Positions 10,786 to 22,932 of a DNA stretch of 64,000 nt are shown piece after piece. This DNA comes from Oopsacas minuta (taxonomy: Eukaryota > Animalia > Porifera): positions 1-64,000 of the forward strand of contig JAKMXF010000018.1 of NCBI GenBank assembly GCA_024704765.1, read 5' to 3'. The notes beneath the pieces are model-generated. The model was not told where the DNA came from and searched no databases. It was given only the letters and a program-made list of their open reading frames with translations. Made by a program: the position numbers and the translations under genes. Each line of letters starts with the position of its first letter. The stretch's first letter is position 1.

Positions 10786-10942
10786 GTGTTTTTATTGCTG
10801 TAAATATTATCAACTTGTTTATTTGTATATTTGTTTGTTTGTTTGTTTGTTTGTTTGTTGTTAGCCAAGGATGCTTGAATCTGTTTATATTCGTTACATT
10901 ATTTATAAAGTATGTTTTAGTAAACAAATATTTGTGTTGATG

Positions 10943-10943
<1 letters not shown>

Positions 10944-10999
<56 letters not shown>
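10944..10999. repeat. (TTA)n microsatellite between converging genes
   Basis: About 18 perfect TTA units. Confidence 0.95.
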
Positions 11000-11125
11000 G
11001 GCATTATATTTGTTTGTTTGTTATGATATATTATAATAGCATAGGATTCAAGAAGTATGTGGAGTACAGATGTAATATTAAAAATACACACAGGAATAAA
11101 ATTAGAAAACACAACCCAACACCTA

Positions 11126-13944
11126 TCATTTAGTCTTTTTTAACCTCTCCGTCAGCAGCTGGGGGGTCTGTCACCACCTCATCTTTGGGAGCTTCCGGTG
11201 TAGCCTCTGTAGTAGGAGCCTTAGCGGGAACGACCGCTTCATCTTTGAGAACTTCCGGTGTAGCCTCTATACCCTGAGCCTCAGCGGGAAGGACGGCTTC
11301 ATCTTTGGGAGCTTCAGTAGCTAGGGTATCTTCCTTAGGTGGATCAGCTGTCGCGCCTTCCTTAAGGGGGTCAGCTGTCGCGCCTTCCTTAGGGAGCTCA
11401 GCTGTCGCGCCATCCTTAGGTGGATCAGCTGTCGTGCCGTCTTTAGGAGCATCAGCTGGAGTTACATCCTTCTTTTCTATAGATGTATAGATGGTAACAT
11501 TAGACGTATACTATAGCGTAACCATCAGCAAACAGCTGTGAGATAGGGAGGGAGTATTATATAATGACAAAAGGATTGGTGCCAAAATTACAAGAATTAT
11601 ATACCCAATGTGTACACCTACACCCCATGATGTAACCACTTTACGGAGATTTCTCAGGACAGTGCACATCTCCTCTGCCATTAACATATCATTAACAGGC
11701 AAAAGGTGTAAAATATGAACTTTTAGAACTGTTGAATTATCCTTACCTCTCCTACTACCTCTTTTTGTTGGTATAACTTTCTCTTTATAATGCTAAAGAT
11801 AGATTAAAGTAAATAATAACAACAACAAACATTAATATACCAATCACTTACTTTCTGTCTATTCTCATCTAGTTTAGCTATCCATACACTAAAAGGAGAA
11901 GTAACATTAATAATATTAACACCCTGTGGATATAACAGTAGTCCCAGCTAATCAGAATAGGACCTATTCGGAAAGTTGGAAACTGTACTCAAAATATAGT
12001 TTCAATACTGCATTCCTATGTCCGTTGCTAGGAACAGTACTCACCTTGCATCTGCATCATTTCCTGCACAGAAGTAAGTAGGTTTTCCAAGAATTAGAAC
12101 AACAAAACAACAGTTAGCTTGTGCTCCACCGAATGGTGCGGGCTTTTTGGGAGTCTTGTCCTCTTCTAGCGTACTAACTCCTGTACAGTTCTCTATAGAT
12201 AGTGCTGCTGCTGCTGGTCTCCTATTACCTTCGTAGTCCTTGGCGAGGTTATACATCTTTAGGATCCGTCCTTCTTCTGATAGAACCACCGCCTGTTTCT
12301 TCCATCCCTTGGAGAAAACTCCAACAGCTATAAATGAGAGAAAATATAAATCCACTGTTAGTTGGAATTTGTTTCAGCTCGACGCCTCATCCAGTTGACC
12401 TGCCGTATGAATATCGTAATTACAGTCAACTCCTGTTATATCTAACACAGATATATAGAAATACCCGCTTATATCGAGGTGTGAAATTGTACAAATAAGG
12501 TCCCAAACCGTTAAAGTAACATATACCTCATCGGTTATATCTAACCAATTATCACGGACCCTTAAGCTTAGATATAACACGAATTAACTATTAACCATTT
12601 GAATATTTTTTGATAGTTTTCAGTAATTCAATTTGCATTGAAACTAATTACTCTATAGTAGACATTCCTATCATGATATCTGATCACTAGGTATCTAAGC
12701 TATGCCATTAAGAATTGTTCTAGAACATTCTATAACTCACCATATTTTTGTAAGAATCCTGCATGAATATCTCCGTCCCTTAGTTTCTCTGGTAACACAT
12801 CAGGGGGTGGGGCTGGCTTCTCTTTCTTGGTTGCTGCTTTCTTTTCAGGGGCAGCTGGTTTTGATTTTACCTCTTCTGCCTATTATAAAAGAATTTTGAT
12901 AGGTCAATAATGAATGCCTAATTATTATTTCAGAATATTGGGAATACTACTTTGTACCAATCTCAACATATTATGTGGACCTCTCCCATAAACTGCAATA
13001 CAAATTTAGAGATCCACTGGACCACCAAAGGGTCCAGGATCCCAGTTTGAAAACAGATGATTTAGACACAATTCCATACCTTGTCTCCATCTGCGACAGG
13101 AGCTGGGGAAACTGTGTCGTCAGGTTTGGGGGTAGCCTCGACAGCAGCTGGTTCCTCTGTTTTGGGAGGATCGGGTTCATCTGGCTTGGCAGCTGGTTCT
13201 TCTGTTTTAGGTTCATCTACAGCTGGTGCTGTAGTATCATCAGCTATAATAATTATTATAAAGTTCGTATTGTATTTATAATAGTAATGTTAGTCAGAGA
13301 TTATAGGACAATGTGCAGAGACAGCTACCTAGTTTCACAGGCTCAGGTTCAGATGTGGAATCTTTAGGTGCCGGTTCAGGTTCAGGCTCAGGTGTGGAAT
13401 CTTTAGGTGCCGGTTCAGGTTCAGGCTCAGGTGTGGGATCTTTAGGTGCCGGTTCAGGTTCAGGCTCAGGTGTAGGATCTTTAGGTGCCGGTTCAGGTTC
13501 AGGCTCAGGTGTAGGATCCTTAGGTGCCGGTTCAGTTTCATGCTCAGGTGTAGGATCTTTAGGTGCCGGTTCAGGTTCAGGCTCAGGTGTAGGATCTTTA
13601 GGTGCCGGTTCAGGTTCAGGCTCAGGTGTGGGATCTTTAGGTGCCGGTTCAGGTTCAGGCTCAGGTGTGGGATTTTTAGGTTCCGGTTGAGGTTCAGGCT
13701 CAGGTGTGGGATTTTTAGGTTCCGGTTGAGGTTCAGGCTCAGGTGTGGGATTTTTAGGTTCCGGTTGAGGTTCAGGCTCAGGTGTGGGATTTTTAGGTTC
13801 CGGTTGAGGTTCAGGCTCAGGTGTGGGATTTTTAGGTTCCGGTTGAGGTTCAGGCTCAGGTGTGGGATCTTTAGGTCCCGGTTCAGGTTCAGGCTCAAGT
13901 GTTGGCGCCCGCCAACCAGCATATTCCTGTTCTGTATCAGACAT
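11126..13944 (-). CDS. PH-domain protein with long Pro/Glu/Thr/Lys/Asp repeats, copy A; exons 13944-13329, 13243-13080, 12879-12741, 12327-12045, 11888-11852, 11792-11747, 11476-11126
   Basis: All junctions are GT/AG and phase-compatible. PH signature [24 protein letters not shown] ... [28 protein letters not shown]. 14 N-terminal 13-aa repeats and acidic C-terminal repeats. Confidence 0.8.
12423..12590 (+). mobile_element. MITE family A (Tc1/mariner/pogo-type termini), intronic
   Basis: TIRs CAGTCAACTCCTGTTATATCTAA / TTAGATATAACACGAATTAACT(A), preceded by TA. Homologous copies at 6752, 14835-14915 (partial), 16684 and 19432. Confidence 0.75.
13330..13900 (-). repeat. Coding minisatellite: 14 x 39-bp units ([13 protein letters not shown] / [13 protein letters not shown])
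   Basis: Tandem units visible in DNA and in the translation. Confidence 0.95.
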
Positions 13945-15352
13945 TTTATCAATTACTCAAATTCAAAAATAATAAACTTTGTAGCTCTGTTCCTTGAGAT
14001 TAAACTCATTAGTATTATTGGACCAGGGATAGTCTTTCACCGTGAGGTTCGAGCTCATCTCTATCGAGATTGGTTAGTGTGAGATTTTAACTAATAATAT
14101 CCATAAACCCCTGTAGAGTTCAAATAAAGTATATAAGAAATGTACAAATACTACAAATCAAAGATTGAATTGTAACTAATTTGGTTATCGCATTTAACAA
14201 ACAGACCATCTTCATATTCCTCTTTAGAGAATAGTTCGGGAATTATGTTTATTTTCCGGGCGATATTCAACTAGAGGGGTCAGGGGATATATATGACGCC
14301 ATATATGGTTCGGTCGGATCTACAATGGGGGACCAAATATAGCATGACAGTAATATATAAAATACCATTCTTATGGCAACCCCAATGTCCTAGTCTGTGT
14401 CTGCGTCATGTCAAAACAGTACAATTCAACTTAAGCCTATCCGACCAAACTCACCCAAGTTACCAACCTCAAAGTACACCACACAAGTATACACTAACTC
14501 TCACGGGGTTGTGCCTCAAACATATCCGAAAAGAGTACACTAGACCAGAGTAACCCGACTCCAATATGTCAGTCTCGCCAATATAAATACTCTCACACAG
14601 GAAGATGATAACTCGTTCAAAGATAGTACATTTGATTTATAATTATTGTAATGTATCAAAGGTTTGTAGTTTGTTAAAATTGACTTCGTTCTTTGTTGTT
14701 TTAGAATAAATGAGTTAAAGTCTCACAAGACTATCCCTGGTCCAATAATACTAATGAGTTAAAATCTCATGCAACAGCTCTTACCAGTTCCTCAATAATT
14801 TTGTGATAAAACGCTAAATATGGTGACAAAAAATCACATATCTTCGATATAACCGATGGAATATATGTAACTTTGACTGTTTTGGGCCATATTTGTATAA
14901 TTTCACACTTCGATATAAGTGGGTATTGGAGGGGATGCCATATGTCCAATGACACTAGTCTTGAACACGTACATGCAGTTTACCTCTCGGACATGTCTAC
15001 TGTACTATCCCTCCCTCCCGAGGTATTAAAAAGTCGGGATGCAACCAGAACCTTGATAATTGGGTTTTTGACATGTGACACCTAATATCTGAGAAAAGGG
15101 ACAATAACAAGCACACAGAGGGGCTTACCCAATCCCTGAGGGTGGGATAAGGACATTATACCCCATAATCCTATATCTCCCTCTAATCAGCTGTAACCAT
15201 GATTGGATAATGATATATGTTATAATAGCATAGGATAAATATTGTATACATCTAATCTATAACTAATAACCTATTCAAGAAGTATGTGGAGTACAGATGT
15301 AATATTAAAAATACACACAGGAATAAAATTAGAAAACACAACCTAACACCTA

Positions 15353-18300
15353 TCATTTAGTCTTTTTTATCCTCTCCGTCACCAGCTGGGGGCACCTCAT
15401 CTTTGGGAGCTTCCGATGTAGTCTCTGTACCCTGAGCATCATCCTTAGGTGGATCAGCTGTCGCGCCTTCCTTAGGTGGTTCAGAAGTCGCACCTTCCTT
15501 AGGTGGTTCAGAAGTCGCGCCTTCCTTAGGTGGTTCAGAAGTCGCGCCTTCCTTAGGTGGTTCAGAAGTCGCGCCGTCCTTAGGTGGTTCAGAAGTCGCG
15601 CCGTCTTTAGGAGCATCACCTGCAGCTACATCCTTCTTTTCTATAGATGTATAGATGATAACATTAGATGTATACTATAGTGTAACATCAGCAAACAGCT
15701 GTGAGAAAGGGAGGGAGTATTATATGTCAAAAGCCTTCATTCTGATTGGTGCCAAAATTAGAAGAATTATATACCCAATGTGTACACCTACACCCCATGA
15801 TGTAACCACTTTACATAGATTTCTCAGGACAGTGCACATCTCCTCTGCCATTAACATATCATTAACAGGCTAAAGGTGTGAAAATATGAACTTTTAGAAC
15901 TGTTGAATTATCCTTACCTCTCTTACTACCTCTTTTTGTTGGTATAACTTTCTCTTTATAATGCTAAAGATAGATTAAAGTAAACAATAACAACAACAAA
16001 CATTAATATACCAATCACTTACTTTCTGTCTATTCTCATTTAGTTTATCTATCCATACACTAAAAGGAGAAGTAACATTAATAATATTAACACCCTGTGG
16101 ATATACACAGTAAACCCCCGCTAATATAATTAGGACCTATAGGTCATATATGTTCTAGAATATTCTAAATACCCAATTCAACTGTCAACAAATGCTATAC
16201 ACGTGTTGCCAGCATTTTCATGGATTGTAAAACTTCCTTAAAACTGTACTCAAAATATAGTTTCAATACTGTATTCCTATGTCCGTTGCTAGGGACAGTA
16301 CTCACCTTGCATCTGCATCATTTTCTGCACAGAAGTAAGTAGGTTTTCCAAGAATTAGAATAACAAAACAACAGTTAGCTTGTGCTCCACCGAATGGTGC
16401 AGGCTTTTTGGGAGTTTTGTCCTCTTCTAGAGTAGTAACCCCTGTACAGTTCTCTATAGATAGTGCTGCTGCTGCTGATTTCTTAGGAGCATCGTAGTCC
16501 TTGGCTAGGTTAAACATCTTTAGGACCCGTCCTTCTTCTGATAGAACCACCGCCTGTTTCTTCCATCCCTTGGAGAAAAGTCCAACAGCTATAAATGAGA
16601 GAAAATATAAATCCACTGTTAGTTGGAACTTGTTTCAGCTCGACGCCTCATCCAGTTGACCTGCCGTATGAATATCGTAATTACAGTCAACTCCTGTTAT
16701 ATGTAACACATATATAGAAATACCCGCTTATATCGAGGTGTAAAATTGTACAAATAAGGTCCCAAACCCTTAAAGTAACAAATACTTCATCGGTTATATC
16801 TAACCAATTATCACGGACCCTTAAGCTTAGATATAACACGAATTAACTGTATTATGATAACGTCACAAAGAAATGAATTCCTGCCTGCCCGGCCGTATGG
16901 ACATCTTATGAAGCTGAAATAAGCTTCTCATTTACAGCTGCCCTCTTGCTTGTAGTTCTTAAATATTCACAATAGAATGCTAATTATATGTTCAATGGTT
17001 CAAATAGAAATTATCTTGGCTAACACACTATGTCCTCAACATTCCATTCTACATCATAGTCTCCTAAGAAATGCGTAGGGTGATACGTAGATACTGTTAT
17101 GCTTCATTGTTATGTTAGAAGCCTGATTCTAATTGAAATTCCTAAGCAATCAACTCTTCGAAGAATGCTATCCATTTTAATTATTTTATTGTTCACTCGA
17201 TTTCACTAGATTTACAAGGATTCGACACATAGTAGCAACCATATGGTGTATAGGAATGTGATTGCACGTGCATACGAATACGTACATCTGTGGAGATATT
17301 TCTTAGTGGTCTCTGAATTGATTAGAAATTATCATATATTCTTGGAAGTAATTATTTAAGTTCAGCCTTAGAATTCATTCCTTATGAAATAAACAGAATC
17401 ACCATTTTTGAATAATTTCCAGATATTTTGAATATTTTTTGATAGTTTTCAGTAATTCAATTATAATTCAATTTGCATTGAAACTAATTACTCTATAGTA
17501 GACATTCCAATCATGATATCTGATCACTAGGTATCTAAGCTATGCCATTAAGACTTGTTCTAGAACATTCTATAACTCACAATATTTTTGTAAGAATCCT
17601 GCATGAATATCTCCGTCCCTTAGTTTCTCTGGTAACACATCAGGGGGTGGGACTGGCTTCTCTTTCTTGGTTGCTGCTTTCTTTTCAGGGGCAGCTGGTT
17701 TTGATTTTACCTCTTCTGCCTATTATAAAAGAATTTTGATAGGTCAATAATGAATGCCTAATTATTATTTCAGAATATTGGGAATACTACTTTGTACCAA
17801 TTTCAACATATTATGTGGACCTCTCTCATAAACTACAATACAAATTTAGAGATCCAGTGGACCAACAAAGGGTCCAGGATCCCAGTTTGAAAATAGATGA
17901 TTTAGACACAATTCCATACCTTGTCTCCATCTGCGACAGGAGCTGGGGAAACTGTGTCGTCAGGTTTGAGGGTAGGGTCGGCTGGTTTAGCAGCTGGTTC
18001 TTCTACTTTGGCGGGCTCAGGTGATTCATCTAGCTTGGTAGCTGCTTCCTCTGTTTTTTGGGGATCAGCTGTTTCTTCTGCTTTAGGTTCACCTACAGCT
18101 GGTGGTGCCTCTGTCTGTGTCACAGGTGCTGGTGTTGGCTCAGCTGGTGGTGTCTCTGTCTGTGTCACAGGTGCTGGTGTTGGTTCAGCTGGTGGTGTCT
18201 CTGTCTGTGTCACAGGTGCTGGTGTTGGCTCAGCTGGTGGTGTCCCTGTCTGTGTCTCAGGTGGTGCTATAGTATCATCAGCTATAATAATTATTATAAA

Positions 18301-19160
18301 GTTTGTATTGTAGTTATAATAGTAATGTTAGTCAGAGATTATAGGACAATGTGCAGAGACAGCTACCTGGTTTCACAGGCTCAGGTTCAGGTGTTGGCGG
18401 TTTTGGTGCCGGTTCAGGTTCAGGTGTGGGATCTTTAGGTGCCGGTTCAGGTTCAGGTTCAGGTGTGGGATCTTTAGGTGCCGGTTCAGGTTCAGGCTCA
18501 GGTGTGGGATCTTTAGGTGCCGGTTCAGTTTCATGCTCAGGTGTAGGATCCTTAGGTGCCGTTTCAGTTTCATGCTCAAGTGTAGGATCCTTAGGTGCCG
18601 GTTCAGTTTCATGCTCAAGTGTAGGATCCTTAGGTGCCGGTTCAGTTTCATGCTCAGGTGTAGGATCCTTAGGTGCCGGTTCAGTTTCATGCTCAGATGT
18701 GGGATCTTTAGGTGCCGGTTCAGGCGCAGGTGTAGGATCTTTAGGTGCCGGTTCAGTTTCATGCTCAGATGTGGGATCTTTAGGTGCCGGTTCAGGCTCA
18801 GGTGTGGGATCTTTAGGTGTCGGTTCAGGCTCAGGTGTGGGATCTTTAGGTGTCGGTTCAGGTTCATGTGTGGAATCCTTAGGTTCAGGTTCAGGACTTG
18901 GAGCCTTTGCTTCTGGAGTGAGGGTTTTTTGTGTAACTTCCTGAGACACTCCGTTAGCCGTATCGCCTGAATTTATGCACAAATAAATCTGATTGGCTCA
19001 ATTGGTTTATTATCTGTCGGATCTTGGTTTGGATACGAGCTGAGGCTGCACCCTGCACCATTGTCCAAATACACAAATATCCTATTTATTTACTAAACAC
19101 ACAAACAAACAAACAAACAAATATAAACCAACCAGTATTATCTTTTTCTGTATCAGACAT
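15353..19160 (-). CDS. PH-domain protein with Pro/Glu repeats, copy B (tandem paralog of copy A); exons 19160-19133, 18966-18367, 18281-17920, 17719-17581, 16588-16306, 16059-16023, 15963-15918, 15640-15353
   Basis: Same exon structure and near-identical PH exons as copy A, plus one extra first intron. Introns and 3' flank are also homologous. Confidence 0.8.
16684..16849 (+). mobile_element. MITE family A, best-preserved copy with TA target duplication
   Basis: TA|CAGTCAACTCCTGTTATAT ... AGATATAACACGAATTAACTG|TA. It occupies the same intron position as 12423-12590, so it predates the gene duplication. Confidence 0.8.
18370..18895 (-). repeat. Coding minisatellite of mixed 33- and 39-bp units ([11 protein letters not shown] / [13 protein letters not shown])
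   Basis: Visible in DNA and in the translation. Confidence 0.93.
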
Positions 19161-19431
19161 CTTATCAATTATTCAAATGCAATAATAATAAAGAAATTTC
19201 CTTAACTCCTATCTCAGCTCCTTTTATATTGGAAGAGGTCTGTTAGGCTAATTCAGAAATTTGATATTTCTAAACACAAGGCCTAGGCTTCTATGAAGCC
19301 AGTGCTTACTGAATGGATTATTAGGAATTATGTTTTGCTCTCAATTACATTTCTTAGTGATTACTATTCTGCTTTGGAATGTGGATGGTCAACCTATACA
19401 AATACCACTCCGAGATCCGATTTCCCATGAT

Positions 19432-19565
19432 CAGTCAACTCCCCCTTATATCGAAGTGTGAATTGTATAAATATTGTCCCAAACCTTCAAAGTAACATTA
19501 ATTCCATTGGTTATATCGGAGTAATTATTACCGTACCTTGAGCTTAGATATACAGGAGTTGACTA
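19432..19565 (+). mobile_element. MITE family A, internally deleted copy
   Basis: CAGTCAACTCC ... GGAGTTGACTA termini. The internal TTATATCGAAGTGTGAATTGTATAAATATTGTCCCAAACC matches the family. Confidence 0.7.
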
Positions 19566-19574
19566 TATTAGTAG

Positions 19575-20310
19575 TATAGAATATTCTGAATGTGTGATAA
19601 ATACGATCACTCTAGGTGAAATAGGCTCAATTCCAGCAGATGTATTAGTAAAAAGGGACCTGGTAGTATGTGGATTGATTCTCATCGGCAGCTTCACTAT
19701 CCTTCATTCCTACTCGCAATAGAATCACTCTTGGACAGCAGTTATAGGGAGCTATCCCACTTCAAGAGGTATGTAGAATACAGGAATCCCGGAAATTTCG
19801 TCCCCAGGAATTTTCGTTCCCGGATTTACCCATCAGGTAGTCAACTTCATAAAAATCCACAGATCCTTCCCTCCATATCAGTTACTTCTCAGCTAGAATC
19901 CAACAAAACTCCCCCCTACGCACTCTGATCCACTTTAAATTCCGGGAACGAAAATTCCTGGGGACGAAATTTCCGGGGACGAAGTTCCGTTTACCAGAAT
20001 ACAGATGTTATATTAAAAAGGGTTTATTCAGCCGGTTCTTCTGCTTTTGCCAGCCCTCTCACACACCTAATCATATTTTCAGCATGAAGTGATGTATAGA
20101 ATATTCTGAATATATGATAAATAGAATCACTCTGGGATAAATAGAATCAAGTCGAGTACAGATGTATTATTAAAAAGGGACATCCTCGTAGTACATGTAT
20201 TTTTGATCCTCGTCGGCAGCCTCATTCTCCTTCCTTCCTATTGATGGGCATATAATAACATTTGACATATACTATAATGTAACCGCGCAATAGAATCACT
20301 CTTGGATACA
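19575..20310 (-). other. Locally duplicated ~180-220-bp units, each apparently ending a short reading frame (putative duplicated terminal exons)
   Basis: 19575-19735 and 20095-20310 are direct repeats. On the minus strand they read ..KDSEAADENQSTYYQVPFY* and ..KENEAADEDQKYMYYEDVPF*, with frame-preserving 3-nt indels. Upstream exons were not resolved. Confidence 0.45.
19784..19995. mobile_element. 212-bp Mutator/foldback-like element with ~40-bp inverted arms and a 9-bp TSD
   Basis: AGAATACAG flanks both sides (19775-19783, 19996-20004). The arm CCCGGAAATTTCGTCCCCAGGAATTTTCGTTCCCGGA recurs as its reverse complement at ~19941-19977. Confidence 0.75.
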
Positions 20311-22682
20311 TGACTACCCAGCAGTTCTAGGGTATAGAATACCCAAAGTGTGTGTATTGATATCAAAAATCTATTGTGTGTAGTTGGAATGTTTGTTGTC
20401 ATGCTTGTGTGTACTCTAAATGTATGTAAAATATGTGTATCACCTATTTGGCATTTGTTCTGGTAATTATACGGGGTAACACCATATACGGTATCTGCAC
20501 CATTCAAGTCTAGATCTCAGATAGTGGAGAGTAATACAATAGTTTTACCGTATTTGCGAATGCCCCTACTGAATTTCATACATTTTGAGACCTGAGGACA
20601 AGGAATATAGCCTCTAATCAGCGGTTCCCAATCTCCATGGACTGGTCCAAGGGAGGTAATCATTATGAAATGTGAATGAGATATCCTGCTATCTCTGTAA
20701 CAACATGCAACTAAAATATGATGTAATCTACTCTGTATGAACACAACTAACATATTAGGTGAACATTCTTCGCCCGCCTCCATTAGACGACAAAATGTAT
20801 GAATAACATCCTCTACAGGTACAGGACATGAATCACGAGTCTCTATATTCTGTGTAGAATTATGTAATAATGGTTTCTACGTATGATGATTATAGTATTC
20901 AAAACACATACTTTATTATTACAAATATGATAGTGCATTAATTACCTGTGTACCTGTGTACTCATTAGGGGGGGAAGGTACACTCATAACCACTTACGCA
21001 TGCACATACCAATGGGAGTAATCTGTATCCATGACAAGGGCAGATCAGAATAGGTCAAATGGCTCTGTCAGATTTTGTTATTCTAAGCAAGAGTAATCAA
21101 TACTCATATTTTTAGATTCTTAGATTTCTATTATAAATAAGCACCGAATTTTGCTGTACCCCAATGGGCACGCACCCCAACCTGGACCCATGGGAGCTGC
21201 ATCCTCCTGATCCATGGTGCTAGAATTGCCCTTCTGATAACATCTCCTATCTATACGTATGAATAGTCAGAAATGAGTAGGCGGGCTAATAATTATCTCA
21301 ACCAATATTCTAATGATATCAGCAATATCTTTTTTTGTATAATGATAATCACATTCCTGAAATATTTGTGTTGATAGAGTACAATCACATTCCAGTAGTT
21401 GCTATGGAAACCTCTAAAATATGAATTCCTCATAACTCATCACCTAATTCTGGATTCACAATATGCTACAAGAAATGGCATGCTTAAACTCTAAGGTATG
21501 CATACCATTCTTCACAGTGTGTTGCTAGGTTCTGGCTTCAACACTCCAATGGGTTTCGTTTGTTACAAGAAGAATGATTTGGATTTTGGCTTCTAACTTT
21601 CAAGGTTTTAGTAATGCGAATAATTTGTGTTTACATTTTATAGAAGTAAACAAATATGTGAGTGTAGGCTAACTATCTGTTATATCATTGGTATCTTATT
21701 CTTGTAAAGTATGATTACTTTTCAATGCACTTTGGTTTATATGCATTCCTAAGGGGATTTTCGTTGCTATGGCCTTTTGAAGCTCTCTAGCTAGTCAGAT
21801 TAATTCCAGCGTTCATTAACATATACAGTGTGGAACCTCGTTAATAGCAGTCTCCGAGAAGCGGACAACTCCCTAAAACTGACAGAAGCGATGTCCCCAA
21901 TGTGTCCGTTTTTCGGAGACTCTATGGTATTCCCTTATGAGCAGCGACCACTTGTCTCGAGCCAGTTTGCGCCAATTATGTCCAATTCTGACGTATATAT
22001 ATACACAGTATTAATTAACATTCCATCGGTTGTATCACGTATCCATGCACGCGTATAATTGTAATTGACGCACAGTCTGGATATTAATCTACACTCATAT
22101 TGGATATCATTCTAATTATGTGTGGAGCTAATTAGACAATAATAATTGTGTTAATATTATTAATTGGATTTATGTAACTATGGTGATGACAATCCTGGGA
22201 TGGAATGTTGTGTTGTAGCGACGGTAGCGTGCTGGACATTTTTGTTCAATTACTTTTGCGGATAATTAAATTACTATCCTTATATGGAAGCCATTATTAG
22301 TTCATTTATAACTTTCCATTATATTTTTGATAAATCAGTTTTGTATGGAGAAATGCAATGCAAGCAGTGTTCTCTCCAACATGGGGAAGGTGTTGTTAAA
22401 ACTCTGTGGGTACAACCAAAAATGTAATAAATTTAGTTAGGGGTCTCCTCTTATATAATCTAAACAAATCACCCAAACCAACGTGTCCAAAGGGGCCGTT
22501 TATGTCCATTGCATTGTACCCAAAATTAGGATTGTAACTGTATTTGTATTTACTGAATTTCTAATAATAATAAATACAATAAATAGATATATGAATGTAC
22601 AAACACTCAATTAACGACCAGTTTACCTGATCACTATACACACTATTATAAATATACAGTTGTAAACAAACAAGTAAACACA

Positions 22683-22932
22683 TTATACTGTTGGGATAGG
22701 TTCAGGCTCTTCCACCTGTTTTTTCTCATCTTTTCTGACCTCTGGTTGTTGTTCTAAAGTATGAATTTATCATAAATAAATTATGAAAATAAACATTAAT
22801 ATTTTACTATAACAAACCTTCAGGTGTCAGATCAGCTGTATTTTGGGTATCAACATCTTGCACTAATGCTGCCACATCTTCAACTACTGTCTTACATTCT
22901 TCACTGACTTGTACGTTGTTAGGTTGTTCCAT
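22683..22932 (-). CDS. Putative 61-aa acidic microprotein in two exons (22932-22818, 22753-22683); absent from the ORF track
   Basis: MEQPNNVQVSEECKTVVEDVAALVQDVDTQNTADLTPE|EQQPEVRKDEKKQVEEPEPIPTV*. Phase-compatible GT/AG intron, and an AG acceptor 6 nt before the ATG. Confidence 0.5.

Noticed and set aside
13313-14082. Plus-strand silk-like (GAGSGS) and Arg/Cys/Phe-rich ORFs over the repeat arrays (also 18351-18970), and the LNLNRHLK frames
   Set aside because: These are shadow frames of the PEPEP minisatellite. The silk-like frames start at GTG and show no splice context. Only the minus-strand PEPEP frame joins the PH exons in phase.
21870-21990. Minus-strand IGHNWRKLAR resembling a death-domain helix
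   Set aside because: The similarity covers ten residues, the frame stops soon after, and a competing plus-strand exon-like reading exists.
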